From Candidatus Woesearchaeota archaeon (GTDB lineage: Archaea; Nanobdellota; Nanobdellia; Woesearchaeales; GCA-2686295), in NCBI GenBank assembly GCA_013202845.1, contig JABMPT010000005.1, forward strand, positions 71,308 through 135,307: a stretch of 64,000 bases of DNA. Reading direction: 5' to 3'. Each line of letters opens with the position of its first letter. Positions within the stretch are counted from its first letter, which is position 1. Made by a program: the position numbers and the translations under genes. The notes beneath the pieces are model-generated. The model saw nothing but the letters and a program-made list of their open reading frames with translations. It was not told where the DNA came from and searched no databases. Positions 9,130 through 18,595 of this stretch are shown piece by piece.

Positions 9130-9818
9130 CTAAAAAATTTTGTTTTCAGAAGAAATAAAGGTATTATAACTCCTTCTCTCCAGAGATTAACATTAGTATT
9201 TCCTTCAAGTCTTCTTTTATAATTTATTGGAAACTCAACTATTTTATAACCTTTCTTCCTAGCCATAATGGCAATTTCAGGTTCATATCCAAAATGAGGG
9301 CATCGCATGTCAATATCCATCATTGCTTTCTTTGTCCAAGCTTTAAAACCTGCATTAACATCAGTAAGCCACTGCCCGCACAAAAGAGATGTGAAGCTCG
9401 AAACTACAAAGTTCGCAACCCTTCTCATTCTTGTTAAAGAACCCTTCTCCACTGTAGCTCCTTTTATGAACCTAGAACAAAAAACTATGTCTGATTTCTT
9501 GTCAAGTATTGGTTTTATCAAACCAGGAAGTTCTTCAGGAGGAAACTGTGAATCAGCATCAACTTGGGCTTGGATTTCTTCTTTTCCATTGATGATTCCT
9601 TGTTTAATAGCATAACCCTTTCCCATGTTTGGTTGGTAACTGACAAGCTTAAGATTCTTTAATTTCATGTTTTTAACAACATCAACAGTCTTGTCTTTTG
9701 AACCATCATCAACTACAACAATCTCTGCTTCTGGAACTGTTTTTCTGACTCTAAGAACTGTTTCTTCAATGTTGTCTTGTTCGTTATAGCACGCAATAAT
9801 TATGCTCAAATTTTTCAT
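9126..9818 (-). CDS. Soluble GT2 dolichyl-phosphate hexose synthase (DPM1/AglD/AglJ-like).
   Basis: IIIACYNEQDNI...VVVDDGSKDKT...DADSQ motifs; no C-terminal TM region. Confidence 0.8.
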   Translation of the reverse strand: MKNLSIIIACYNEQDNIEETVLRVRKTVPEAEIVVVDDGSKDKTVDVVKNMKLKNLKLVSYQPNMGKGYAIKQGIINGKEEIQAQVDADSQFPPEELPGLIKPILDKKSDIVFCSRFIKGATVEKGSLTRMRRVANFVVSSFTSLLCGQWLTDVNAGFKAWTKKAMMDIDMRCPHFGYEPEIAIMARKKGYKIVEFPINYKRRLEGNTNVNLWREGVIIPLFLLKTKFFR

Positions 9819-9845
9819 TTTAAATACAGACCAATATTTTATTTA

Positions 9846-11573
9846 TTAATCTTTCGCAATACTTTCACTGTTCCACATATGCTTTGGATTTTCTTTCCTA
9901 GCTATCAAAAAATTATCAATCACAAGATAATCTATTCCTGTTCCCATCATACATCTATAGGCTTCTTCAGGAGTACACACAATCGGTTCTCCTCTTATAT
10001 TAAAAGAAGTGTTTATTAGTATAGGAACCTTGCTCAGTCTTTCAAATTCTTTTATCAAATCATAATATTTCTGGTTCTGTTTTCTTTTAATTGTTTGTAA
10101 TCTCCCGCTGCCATCAACATGAGTAACTGATGGAATCAATTGCCTTTTCTCTTTTTTAACAGGATAAACATAGAGCATATAAGGAACCTCTCTGTCAACA
10201 TCAAAGTAATCCTTTGCGTCTTCCCATGTAACAACTGGAGCAAAAGGCCTAAACATCTCTCTATGTTTTACTTTTGCATTAAGAATGTCCTGCATTTTTG
10301 GATTAAGAGGATTAGCTAAAATACTTCTATTTCCTAATGCGCGAGGTCCCCATTCCATTCTTCCCTGGAACCACCCAATAACATTGTCTTGGTAAATTAA
10401 CTCAGCGCTTTTCTTGAGAATATCTGAGTCTGAGAGTTCAGAATAATTTATTTTCTTAAAATCTAAAAAACTTTTTATCTCTTCTCTTGTATATCCGGGG
10501 CCAAAGTAAACATGCTCTAATATCTGTTTCCTCTTATTTTTTAGAATTGTGTTATATGCATAAAAAGCTGTGCCCATTGCTGTTCCTGCATCACTGGCTG
10601 CTGGTTGAATAAAAATGTTTTTAAAAGAAGTACTTCTTGATATTTTTCCATTTGCAACACTATTGAGAGCAACACCTCCTGCCATGCAGAGCTTCCTTAT
10701 TTTTGTTTTTTTATATAAATCATTCAATATTTTAAAGATAATCTCTTCAGTTATCTTTTGTAGTGACTTAGCAAGATCTTTGTGTCTTTGTTCTATATTA
10801 GACTCTCGCTTTCTTATAGGGCCAAACTCCTTGATGAATTTCTTGCTTGGCATGGTCATCTTGTAATGAAAATCAAAATAAGACATATCAAGTTGAAAAC
10901 TTCCATCGTTTGCAATCCTAATTAATTTCTTTAGACTATCATAATAGCTTGGTTTTCCATAAGCTGCCAAACCCATTACCTTATACTCATCATTGTTAAC
11001 CTTAAAACCCAGATGTGCTGTTACAGTACTATACAATAATCCAAGAGAATTGGGAAATACTATTTCCTTAGCTATTGTGATATCACTTCCCTTTCCAACA
11101 CCAATGCTTGCAGTAGCCCATTCACCAACGCCATCAATTGTGAAAATAGAAGCTTCATCAAAAGGCGAGACCAAGAAAGCAGAAGCGGCGTGAGCCATGT
11201 GATGTTCAACAAATAAAATTTCTCCCTTGTACTTGAGGTGTTTTTTCATCATTGAAGGAACTCTTAGTTTCTCATGTAGCCAAGAAGGTAGTGCCTTGTA
11301 AAAAGACCAAAAACCTTTAGGAAAAGACTCCAAGTATTGACTTAATAATCTGTCAAATTTTAACAAAGGTTTTTCATAGAAAGCTATATAATCAATTTTA
11401 TCGATAGCTATCTCTGCTTCTTTCAAGCAGTATAAAGCTGCTTTCTTTGGAAAAGAATTATCATGCTTCTTTCTTGTGAATCTTTCTTCTTCTGCAGCAG
11501 CAATTATCCTGCCATCTTTTAACAGGCAAGCAGCACTATCATGGTAATAACATGAAATCCCTAAAACATACAT
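9846..11573 (-). CDS. Carbamoyltransferase (NodU/CmcH/TobZ family).
   Basis: N-terminal MYVLGISCYYHDSAACLLKDGRIIAAAEEERFTRKKHD Kae1/YgjD-like domain, then HHMAHAASAF and the C-terminal YrdC-like carbamoyl-AMP domain. Length is 575 aa. Confidence 0.85.
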   Translation of the reverse strand: MYVLGISCYYHDSAACLLKDGRIIAAAEEERFTRKKHDNSFPKKAALYCLKEAEIAIDKIDYIAFYEKPLLKFDRLLSQYLESFPKGFWSFYKALPSWLHEKLRVPSMMKKHLKYKGEILFVEHHMAHAASAFLVSPFDEASIFTIDGVGEWATASIGVGKGSDITIAKEIVFPNSLGLLYSTVTAHLGFKVNNDEYKVMGLAAYGKPSYYDSLKKLIRIANDGSFQLDMSYFDFHYKMTMPSKKFIKEFGPIRKRESNIEQRHKDLAKSLQKITEEIIFKILNDLYKKTKIRKLCMAGGVALNSVANGKISRSTSFKNIFIQPAASDAGTAMGTAFYAYNTILKNKRKQILEHVYFGPGYTREEIKSFLDFKKINYSELSDSDILKKSAELIYQDNVIGWFQGRMEWGPRALGNRSILANPLNPKMQDILNAKVKHREMFRPFAPVVTWEDAKDYFDVDREVPYMLYVYPVKKEKRQLIPSVTHVDGSGRLQTIKRKQNQKYYDLIKEFERLSKVPILINTSFNIRGEPIVCTPEEAYRCMMGTGIDYLVIDNFLIARKENPKHMWNSESIAKD

Positions 11574-11582
11574 TATGACCCC

Positions 11583-11822
11583 CTAAAACATTCTATAATA
11601 CTTCTCAAGCTTTTGAGTTGATAGATTCTTATCAACCCAATATGAATTCTTGGTTTTTGATTTTAAATCCAAAAAATGCTTTCCAAAAAGTTTTAAAAAT
11701 AATGAAGTAAGACCAATTCCTATAATGAATATTGGAATTAGAAGTATGAAGTTGACTATTGAGGTTATGAATTCACTTAACTTCATAAGCAGTTTTTTAA
11801 TTTTAGGAAAAACTTCTCTCAT
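11583..11822 (-). CDS. Small single-pass membrane protein immediately upstream of the carbamoyltransferase (possible SxtJ/DUF5989-like partner).
   Basis: 79 aa with one hydrophobic helix (IVNFILLIPIFIIGIGLTSLFL) and a 9-nt spacer to the carbamoyltransferase gene. Family assignment is by gene-context analogy only. Confidence 0.4.
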   Translation of the reverse strand: MREVFPKIKKLLMKLSEFITSIVNFILLIPIFIIGIGLTSLFLKLFGKHFLDLKSKTKNSYWVDKNLSTQKLEKYYRMF

Positions 11823-11897
11823 ATTCAGCCAAAAAACCAGTTGATTTATATTTTTTTGGAAAAAGTTTAAAAAACACCTTATATTAATAAAGAAAAA

Positions 11898-12230
11898 ATG
11901 GAAGCAATACAGATAATAGCCATAATATTCGCTTTGTTTGCCTACAGCAGAGCAATACTGAGGTATAAAGATAAGAAAATAACAAACAAAGAATTTCTTT
12001 TCTGGACAATAATCTGGGTTTCAATGATAATTGTGGCGATAATACCTATAGTAGCTAGCTGGTTCTCGAATCTTTTTGGAATTCGCAGACCTGTAGATTT
12101 TATGATTTATGCGAGTATAATAATTTTGTTCTATATAATATTCAAAATATACGTTAAAATTGAAAGTCTTGAACAAGACTTTACAAAAATAGTAAGGAAC
12201 TTAGCTATTAAGAAGAATAAAAAAAAGTGA
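11898..12230 (+). CDS. DUF2304-like small membrane protein (commonly paired with GT2 polyprenyl-P glycosyltransferases).
   Basis: 110 aa, 3 TM helices, basic C-terminal tail, and glycosyltransferase neighbours. Confidence 0.45.
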   Translation: MEAIQIIAIIFALFAYSRAILRYKDKKITNKEFLFWTIIWVSMIIVAIIPIVASWFSNLFGIRRPVDFMIYASIIILFYIIFKIYVKIESLEQDFTKIVRNLAIKKNKKK

Positions 12231-12243
12231 TTTCTATAAAAAA

Positions 12244-13374
12244 ATGAATTTTATTTTTGTGACAGAATATTTTCCAACTTCTGAAAAAGGAGAAATTTCT
12301 GGAGGAGTAGAAGCCAGATGTTTCTATTTAGCTAAAGAACTAAGCAAGAAACATCAAGTAAAAGTAATAACTTCGTGGAAAAAAGGACAACACAGAAAAC
12401 ACAATATAGGAAAAGTAGTAGTTGAGAGAGTCGGTCCAAATCATGAATACTCTAATAAAGGAAGTATTTTTTCAAGATTATTTTTTGGAATTTCAGCTTA
12501 CAAAAAGATAAAACAAGAAAGAGGATTTAATTTTGTTGACGGATTTAACTTCACAACTTATATTCCTGCTTATTTTGGAGCTAGAAAAATCAGAGCAAAA
12601 GCAGTTGCAACATATCATGAAACTTGGGTTGGAACATGGATAAAAAACAAGGGTTTGTTAACAGGTCTTGTTGGAGAGATTCTAGAAAGGACTGCGTTAG
12701 GTCTGAAATGGGATCAGGTTATTCCGGTCTCAAATTTCACAAGAAACAAACTAAAGTGTAATGGTATTCCAGAAAGAAAAATAACTGTAGTTTACAATGG
12801 GGTTATAACTGACGATTTTAAGAAAATGAAAGTAAAAAAAGAAGAAAAATTCAGGATTGTGTCTGTTTCAAGACTGGTAAAAACGAAAAGAATTCAAATT
12901 CTTCTCAAAGCATTGCAGCATTTGAAAGATAAGAGCATGAAATGCGTTTTAGTTGGAGAGGGCGACGATAGAGAATACATGAAGAAAGAGGCAATAAGAT
13001 TAGGAATAAACGACCTTGTTGAATTCAAAGGGTTTCTCAAAACTAAGGAAGAAGTTATCAAAGAGATTAAGAAATCTCATGTTTTTTGCCTGCCATCAGC
13101 AGTAGAGGGTTTTGGAATAGCAGTTATTGAAGCTATGGCTTCAGGAGTGCCTGTCATCTGTTCAGATATTGCACCATTAAAAGAAGTTACAAAAAATGGT
13201 GAATATGGCTTAATATTCAAACTGGATGATTATAAAGAATTGGCTGAAAAAATAAAGTTATTGAAGGAAAATAAAAATAAATATTCGGAATTAAAGAGAA
13301 AAGGTTTAAAGAGAGCTAACGACTTTGAATGGGAAAAAATTGCTCAAGAATACTTGAAAGCTGTAAAGAACTAA
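12244..13374 (+). CDS. GT4 (GT-B) glycosyltransferase.
   Basis: C-terminal EGFGIAVIEAMASGVPVI (E-x7-E) motif. Confidence 0.8.
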   Translation: MNFIFVTEYFPTSEKGEISGGVEARCFYLAKELSKKHQVKVITSWKKGQHRKHNIGKVVVERVGPNHEYSNKGSIFSRLFFGISAYKKIKQERGFNFVDGFNFTTYIPAYFGARKIRAKAVATYHETWVGTWIKNKGLLTGLVGEILERTALGLKWDQVIPVSNFTRNKLKCNGIPERKITVVYNGVITDDFKKMKVKKEEKFRIVSVSRLVKTKRIQILLKALQHLKDKSMKCVLVGEGDDREYMKKEAIRLGINDLVEFKGFLKTKEEVIKEIKKSHVFCLPSAVEGFGIAVIEAMASGVPVICSDIAPLKEVTKNGEYGLIFKLDDYKELAEKIKLLKENKNKYSELKRKGLKRANDFEWEKIAQEYLKAVKN

Positions 13375-13418
13375 TTCTTCACAAAATTTTATAAATAAAA
13401 CTAGCTTCAGCAGAAAAA

Positions 13419-14552
13419 ATGAGAATATGCATGATAATTGAGGCCTGGAGGCCCATATGGGGTGGTGGACAAGCACATGTCTGGGAACTGGCAAACAAGT
13501 TGGTTCAGAAAAATAATTGTGAAGTAGATATTTTTGTAATGGATATAAAAGGCACTGATGAAAGTAAGTCACAAGCATATGAGAAAGACAAACTCAGAGT
13601 TTTTCGCCTCGGGCATAATCTGGAATTCAAATTCTTCGATAGAATCAGATGGTGTTCAAAACTTGTAAAAATAGTGAAAAGAGAACATAGAAAAAATAAA
13701 TATGATTTAATACACACGCATGCTAATCTTCCAGGAATCCCTGGAAAAATCTTAAGCAATAAGTTAAGAATACCAATTGTATATACAGTGCATGGATGCG
13801 GACTTGAGGCAATAAAGGATATGTACAAGAATTTTATTGCAAGCAACCTATTATATTTATTCGAGAACTTTCTGCAGACAAAGATAAAATATGACTTCCA
13901 GATAACAGTTGATAAAAGCTTCCTGAAATACAAAAACATAAACAAGAAGAAAACGATTATTCCTAACGGAGTAAATATTGAAAAATTTGACGAAGTAAAA
14001 TCCATTCAGAGTGAGACATTCAAAATAATTTTTGTCGGTAGACTACATCCTCAAAAAGGTTTATCATACTTACTAAAGGCTCTTCATATGATTAAAAATG
14101 AACTTAGAGATACAGAAGTCCATCTGATAGGCGGAGGGCCTGAAGAGAAAGAATTAAAAGAATTAACAAAAAAATTAGGACTTGAAAATCTAGTCAAATT
14201 CAGAGGAAAGATATACAAGAAAGAACTGTTTAAGGAATATAAATCTTCAGATCTATTTGTTCTTCCATCACTTTACGAAGGACAGCCCTTAACATTATTA
14301 GAAGCATGGGCTGCAAAATTACCAGTCATAGTTACAAATGTTGGTGGAAATGAAGACTTTGTGGTTAATGAGAAAAACGGTTATATCATACCATCAAAAA
14401 ATATAGATGTACTTGCAAAAACAATTCTCAAAGCAAAGAATAATAAAGATCTCAAAGTTCTAGGTTTGAAAGGTTACAAACTTGTAAAAGAAAAGTATAG
14501 TTGGAGTTCTGTCGCTGAAAAAACTTATAGAGTGTATGAACAAATCTTATAG
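13419..14552 (+). CDS. GT4 (GT-B) glycosyltransferase.
   Basis: YEGQPLTLLEAWAAKLPVIVTNVGG motif. Confidence 0.8.
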   Translation: MRICMIIEAWRPIWGGGQAHVWELANKLVQKNNCEVDIFVMDIKGTDESKSQAYEKDKLRVFRLGHNLEFKFFDRIRWCSKLVKIVKREHRKNKYDLIHTHANLPGIPGKILSNKLRIPIVYTVHGCGLEAIKDMYKNFIASNLLYLFENFLQTKIKYDFQITVDKSFLKYKNINKKKTIIPNGVNIEKFDEVKSIQSETFKIIFVGRLHPQKGLSYLLKALHMIKNELRDTEVHLIGGGPEEKELKELTKKLGLENLVKFRGKIYKKELFKEYKSSDLFVLPSLYEGQPLTLLEAWAAKLPVIVTNVGGNEDFVVNEKNGYIIPSKNIDVLAKTILKAKNNKDLKVLGLKGYKLVKEKYSWSSVAEKTYRVYEQIL

Positions 14553-14554
14553 AA

Positions 14555-15553
14555 TTATTTTCCAACCCAACTTGGAGGCATGTTCTTTGTTACTTCAATG
14601 TTCTTGAATTGCCTGCTTTTTTTACTACCTATCTTTTTCGCCCAGTCAGCCATTCTTTTAACCCCTTCTTCTAAAGAGGTTTTTGTTTTATATCCTAAAA
14701 TCCTGCTGACCTTTGTGTGCTTAGAATGCGCGTGCATGACTTCATTCCTTGCAGCTAAATGCACTATCTTTTGATTTGAACCCATTACCTTAATGACGAT
14801 TTTTGCCAAATCGTTGACTGATCGCGGTTTATCTTCACCAATATTAAACATTTGATTGTATGCCTTCTTTACTCTTATTGATTTAGCGATTATCGGAGAA
14901 ATGTCTCCTATGTATGAAAAGCCTCTAGTCTGTTTTCCATCTCCAAATATAGTCAATGGTTTGTTCTGCATTATCTGATTCAAGAAGATTCCTGCAACAT
15001 TTCTGTACTTATCTCCAAGATTCTGTCTTTCACCGTAAACATTGTGAGGTCTGAATATTATGTAATCCAAGCCAAACATCTCATGAGCAGCTCTCAAATC
15101 AAGCTCAACAGCATACTTTGAAATTCCGTAAGGGTCCTCGGGATTTGGCACTGTCTCCTCCTTCATAGGAAGCTGGTTGGTTCCATAAACTGCGATAGAA
15201 GATGTAAACACAAAGCATTTTACATCATGTTTCACAGACTCATTAATTAGGTTTATACTCCCTAAAAGATTGTTTCTGTAGTTGAATATTCTTATGAAAT
15301 GAGATAAACCTTCGGCTGCATAAGCTGCCAAATGAAACACATATTTGAATTTATGCTTCTTGAATAAGTTTCTAATCATCTTGAAATTTAGAACGCTTCC
15401 TTTCACAAAAGCTGCTTTTTTAGGAACATTCTCTGTGAAGCCACCGCTTAAATCATCAAGAACAACCACTTTATAGCCTAATTTTATAAGTTCATCCACT
15501 ATATGAGAACCCATGAATCCTGCACCACCTGTAACTAGAACCTTCTCTTTCAT
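14555..15553 (-). CDS. NAD-dependent nucleotide-sugar epimerase/dehydratase (extended SDR; UDP-hexose or HexNAc 4-epimerase-like).
   Basis: VLVTGGAGFMGSH Rossmann motif and a YxxxK motif (YGISKYAVE). Confidence 0.8.
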   Translation of the reverse strand: MKEKVLVTGGAGFMGSHIVDELIKLGYKVVVLDDLSGGFTENVPKKAAFVKGSVLNFKMIRNLFKKHKFKYVFHLAAYAAEGLSHFIRIFNYRNNLLGSINLINESVKHDVKCFVFTSSIAVYGTNQLPMKEETVPNPEDPYGISKYAVELDLRAAHEMFGLDYIIFRPHNVYGERQNLGDKYRNVAGIFLNQIMQNKPLTIFGDGKQTRGFSYIGDISPIIAKSIRVKKAYNQMFNIGEDKPRSVNDLAKIVIKVMGSNQKIVHLAARNEVMHAHSKHTKVSRILGYKTKTSLEEGVKRMADWAKKIGSKKSRQFKNIEVTKNMPPSWVGK

Positions 15554-15595
15554 TGTGAAATAAGAGAGAATAGAACCATTTTTAAAATTAACTGT

Positions 15596-16633
15596 TTATT
15601 CAATTATTTTATAGTTATATAGAAGTTTTCTAATTTCACCCTTAGTAAGTTGACGAAGATTAGCAGAATCATATTCCTCATAGCTTCTTTTTGATTTATA
15701 TTCAGAAACAAATCCTGGCGTTATAATTGACGATCTAAGAACAAACATGTCTCTTAGTTCTTTAAGATGGTTTGTTTCTTCTTTTGTAATTAAGCATTCA
15801 CTTATTTTCTCCCCTGGTCTGACACCTATCTTCTTGATGTTCATATCTTTAGTTTTAAAACCATGTTTAGGCGCTAATTCTTCTATCATGACTTCTGCCA
15901 AGTCTATAATTCTAAGACTTTTCATTCTTAGAATAAATATTTCTTCTCCTTTCATCAAAGTTGCTGCTTTTAGAACCAAGTTAACTGCTTCAGACATGGA
16001 CATAAAGAATCTCGTCATGTCAGTGGTTGTTATTGTTACTGGCCCTCCTTCACTTATTTGTTTCTTGAAAATAGGTATCACTGAGCCATTTGAGTTTAAG
16101 ACATTACCAAACCTGACTGATGAGAACCTTGTTTTGTAATCACCATAATTCGCTGAGATTGTGAGTTTCTCACTCAGTAATTTTGTAGCACCCATTGTGT
16201 TTATAGGGTTTACTGCCTTATCAGTGCTTATAGAAATAAACTTTTTGACATTCTGTTTTCTGGCAGCATTAATCAGATTTTGTGTTCCAACAATGTTTGT
16301 GCTAACTGCCTCAAATGGATTATATTCACACAATGGAACATGTTTCAAAGCAGCTGCATGAAAAACAATGTCAACGCCTCTCATAGCCATTTCTAATCGT
16401 TCTTTATCCCTAACATCTCCAATTAGATGCCTTGTTAACTTGCTTTTTATGGCTTGGCGCATGTAAAAATGTGCAGATTCATTATTATCGAATATCCTTA
16501 TTCTTTTTGGCTTAAACGCCAAGAGTTGTTTCACTATTTCTTTACCTATTGAACCACAACCTCCTGTTACTAGAATATCCTTTCCTTGAAAGATTCTCTT
16601 AAACTTGTTTTCCGGATTGGTTTTCTTTCTCAT
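15596..16633 (-). CDS. UDP-GlcNAc 4,6-dehydratase (PseB/LegB/CapD-like).
   Basis: ILVTGGCGSIGKEIVKQL, followed by the TDKAVNPINTMGATK catalytic region typical of PseB/FlaA1/CapD. Confidence 0.75.
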   Translation of the reverse strand: MRKKTNPENKFKRIFQGKDILVTGGCGSIGKEIVKQLLAFKPKRIRIFDNNESAHFYMRQAIKSKLTRHLIGDVRDKERLEMAMRGVDIVFHAAALKHVPLCEYNPFEAVSTNIVGTQNLINAARKQNVKKFISISTDKAVNPINTMGATKLLSEKLTISANYGDYKTRFSSVRFGNVLNSNGSVIPIFKKQISEGGPVTITTTDMTRFFMSMSEAVNLVLKAATLMKGEEIFILRMKSLRIIDLAEVMIEELAPKHGFKTKDMNIKKIGVRPGEKISECLITKEETNHLKELRDMFVLRSSIITPGFVSEYKSKRSYEEYDSANLRQLTKGEIRKLLYNYKIIE

Positions 16634-16676
16634 CTAGCCGACCGAAAACATGACATATTTAAATAACTATCGTGTA

Positions 16677-17777
16677 TTAATGATAGAAATCCATCATTGA
16701 TTTTTTCACAGTAAGAACTTGCTTCTTGGTCATTTCTGGAAAGAACGGTAGAATAAGTGTTGTTTTACTTAATTTTTCTGCAACGAAAAAGTCTCCTTCC
16801 TTATATCCAAACTCTTTTCTATAGAATGGTTGTAGATGTATGGCTGGGAAGAAGTATGCTTTGCTGTGTATTGCTTTGCTTAGCAGATGAACCGCTAACT
16901 CATCTCTATCTTTTGCAGGAACTTTTATTGGAAAAACAAACCAGGTATGAGTATTGTGGCTATCGGTAACTGGTAATGTAACTTGTGGTATTTCTGCTAG
17001 TTCTTTTAAATAAAGATCTGCAACTCTTCTTCTCTCAGATATCAAATAATTTATTTTTTTTAACTGTGAAATTCCTAGAGCTGCTTGGAGATCTGTAATC
17101 CTATAGTTGTATCCTAAATGTTCGTGGGTCAACCATTGTCTACTACTTCCCCTCCCTTGATTTCTTAGACTTCTACAAGCTTCTGCTACTTGTTTATTGT
17201 TTGTCACAATCATGCCTCCTTCCCCTGTAGTTATCTGCTTATTTGGATAAAAAGCGAAAACAGCTGCGTCACCAAAAGTTCCAACTTTCTTCCCTTTGTA
17301 TTTTGCATTAATTGATTCACAAGCATCTTCTATTACTTTCAACTTATGTTTCTTTGCTATTCTCATAATTTCACCCATATCACAGCTTTGACCAAACACT
17401 TGAACTGGGAGAATAGCTTTTGTTTTTTTTGTTATTTTTTTCTCTATCTTGCTAGTGTCAATATTGAAGGTTTTCTCATCAACATCTACAAATACAGGCT
17501 TTGCTCCTTCAAATAATACACAGTTTGCTGAAGCAACAAAAGAGAAAGGAGAGGTTATTACTTCATCACCTCTTCCTATTCCTAATGCTTTTATACATAA
17601 ATGCAACCCAGAAGTTCCTGAGTTAACAGCAACAGCATGTTTTGTTCCTATAAGCTTTGCAAATAGTTCCTCAAATTCTTCAATCTTTGGACCTAAACTC
17701 AACCTTCCTGACTTCAAGACTTTCTCGACTGCTTTGATATCTTTCCTATCAATATGTGGTTTTGCTAATGGTATCAT
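16677..17777 (-). CDS. DegT/DnrJ/EryC1-family PLP-dependent sugar aminotransferase (PseC/LegC/PglE-like).
   Basis: MIPLAKPHIDRKDIKAVEKVLKSGRLSLGPKIEEFE...NSGTSGLHL. Confidence 0.85.
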   Translation of the reverse strand: MIPLAKPHIDRKDIKAVEKVLKSGRLSLGPKIEEFEELFAKLIGTKHAVAVNSGTSGLHLCIKALGIGRGDEVITSPFSFVASANCVLFEGAKPVFVDVDEKTFNIDTSKIEKKITKKTKAILPVQVFGQSCDMGEIMRIAKKHKLKVIEDACESINAKYKGKKVGTFGDAAVFAFYPNKQITTGEGGMIVTNNKQVAEACRSLRNQGRGSSRQWLTHEHLGYNYRITDLQAALGISQLKKINYLISERRRVADLYLKELAEIPQVTLPVTDSHNTHTWFVFPIKVPAKDRDELAVHLLSKAIHSKAYFFPAIHLQPFYRKEFGYKEGDFFVAEKLSKTTLILPFFPEMTKKQVLTVKKSMMDFYH

Positions 17778-18595
17778 ATACTCACCTTGTACATATTCTC
17801 CACCAACATAGCTACCGTAACAGGTCCAACTCCTCCTGGTACCGGTGTTATGAATGATGCTTTCTGTTTAACAGTTTTAAAATCCAGGTCTCCAAAAATC
17901 TTATTGTTTACTTTTGAAATACCAATATCTATCGCGACAACACCTTCTTTGACATGTTCTCCTTTAACTAAGCCAGGAACTCCTGTGGCAGATATCACAA
18001 TATCTGCATCTCTTGTGAGTAAATATATGTTTTTTGTCTTATTATTGCAAACAAAAACAGTAGCTCCTTTTCTCATCAACATCAAAGCAAGCGGTTTGCC
18101 AACTAAATCACTGTCATTTATTATACAAACATTTTTTCCTTCGACTTGAATATTATTTTCTTCTATTATTCTCATTATTCCTCTCGGCGTGCATGGACCT
18201 GCTTTATTATCATACATTATCTGGCCCAGTGTTACTGGATTCAAAAAATCAACATCTTTTTTAGGAGCTATTTCCTTTAAAACAGCTGTTTTGTTTATGC
18301 CCTCTGGTAAGGGGAGTTGTACTAGTATTCCGTCTACATCATCTGATTCATTTAATTTTCTTATAAGAGAAATCAGCTCTTTCGTAGTTGAGTTTTTGAA
18401 AAAGTATTTCTGTAATGATATTCCTGCTTCATTGCATGCTTTTTCTTTTAACTCAACATATAGATGTGATGGTTCATTATCACCAACAAGAATAACCGCT
18501 AACACAGGTTTTGTCTTCAACTCTGAGATTTTCTTCTTAGTGTTTTCTATTATTTTCCTTGCAAAGCTCTTCCCATCAAAAATTTCACAAGTCAT
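17774..18595 (-). CDS. folD: Bifunctional methylene-THF dehydrogenase / methenyl-THF cyclohydrolase FolD.
   Basis: ILVGDNEPSHLYV...ILVQLPLP...TPRGIMR...PVPGGVGPVTVAML motifs. Confidence 0.8.
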   Translation of the reverse strand: MTCEIFDGKSFARKIIENTKKKISELKTKPVLAVILVGDNEPSHLYVELKEKACNEAGISLQKYFFKNSTTKELISLIRKLNESDDVDGILVQLPLPEGINKTAVLKEIAPKKDVDFLNPVTLGQIMYDNKAGPCTPRGIMRIIEENNIQVEGKNVCIINDSDLVGKPLALMLMRKGATVFVCNNKTKNIYLLTRDADIVISATGVPGLVKGEHVKEGVVAIDIGISKVNNKIFGDLDFKTVKQKASFITPVPGGVGPVTVAMLVENMYKVSI

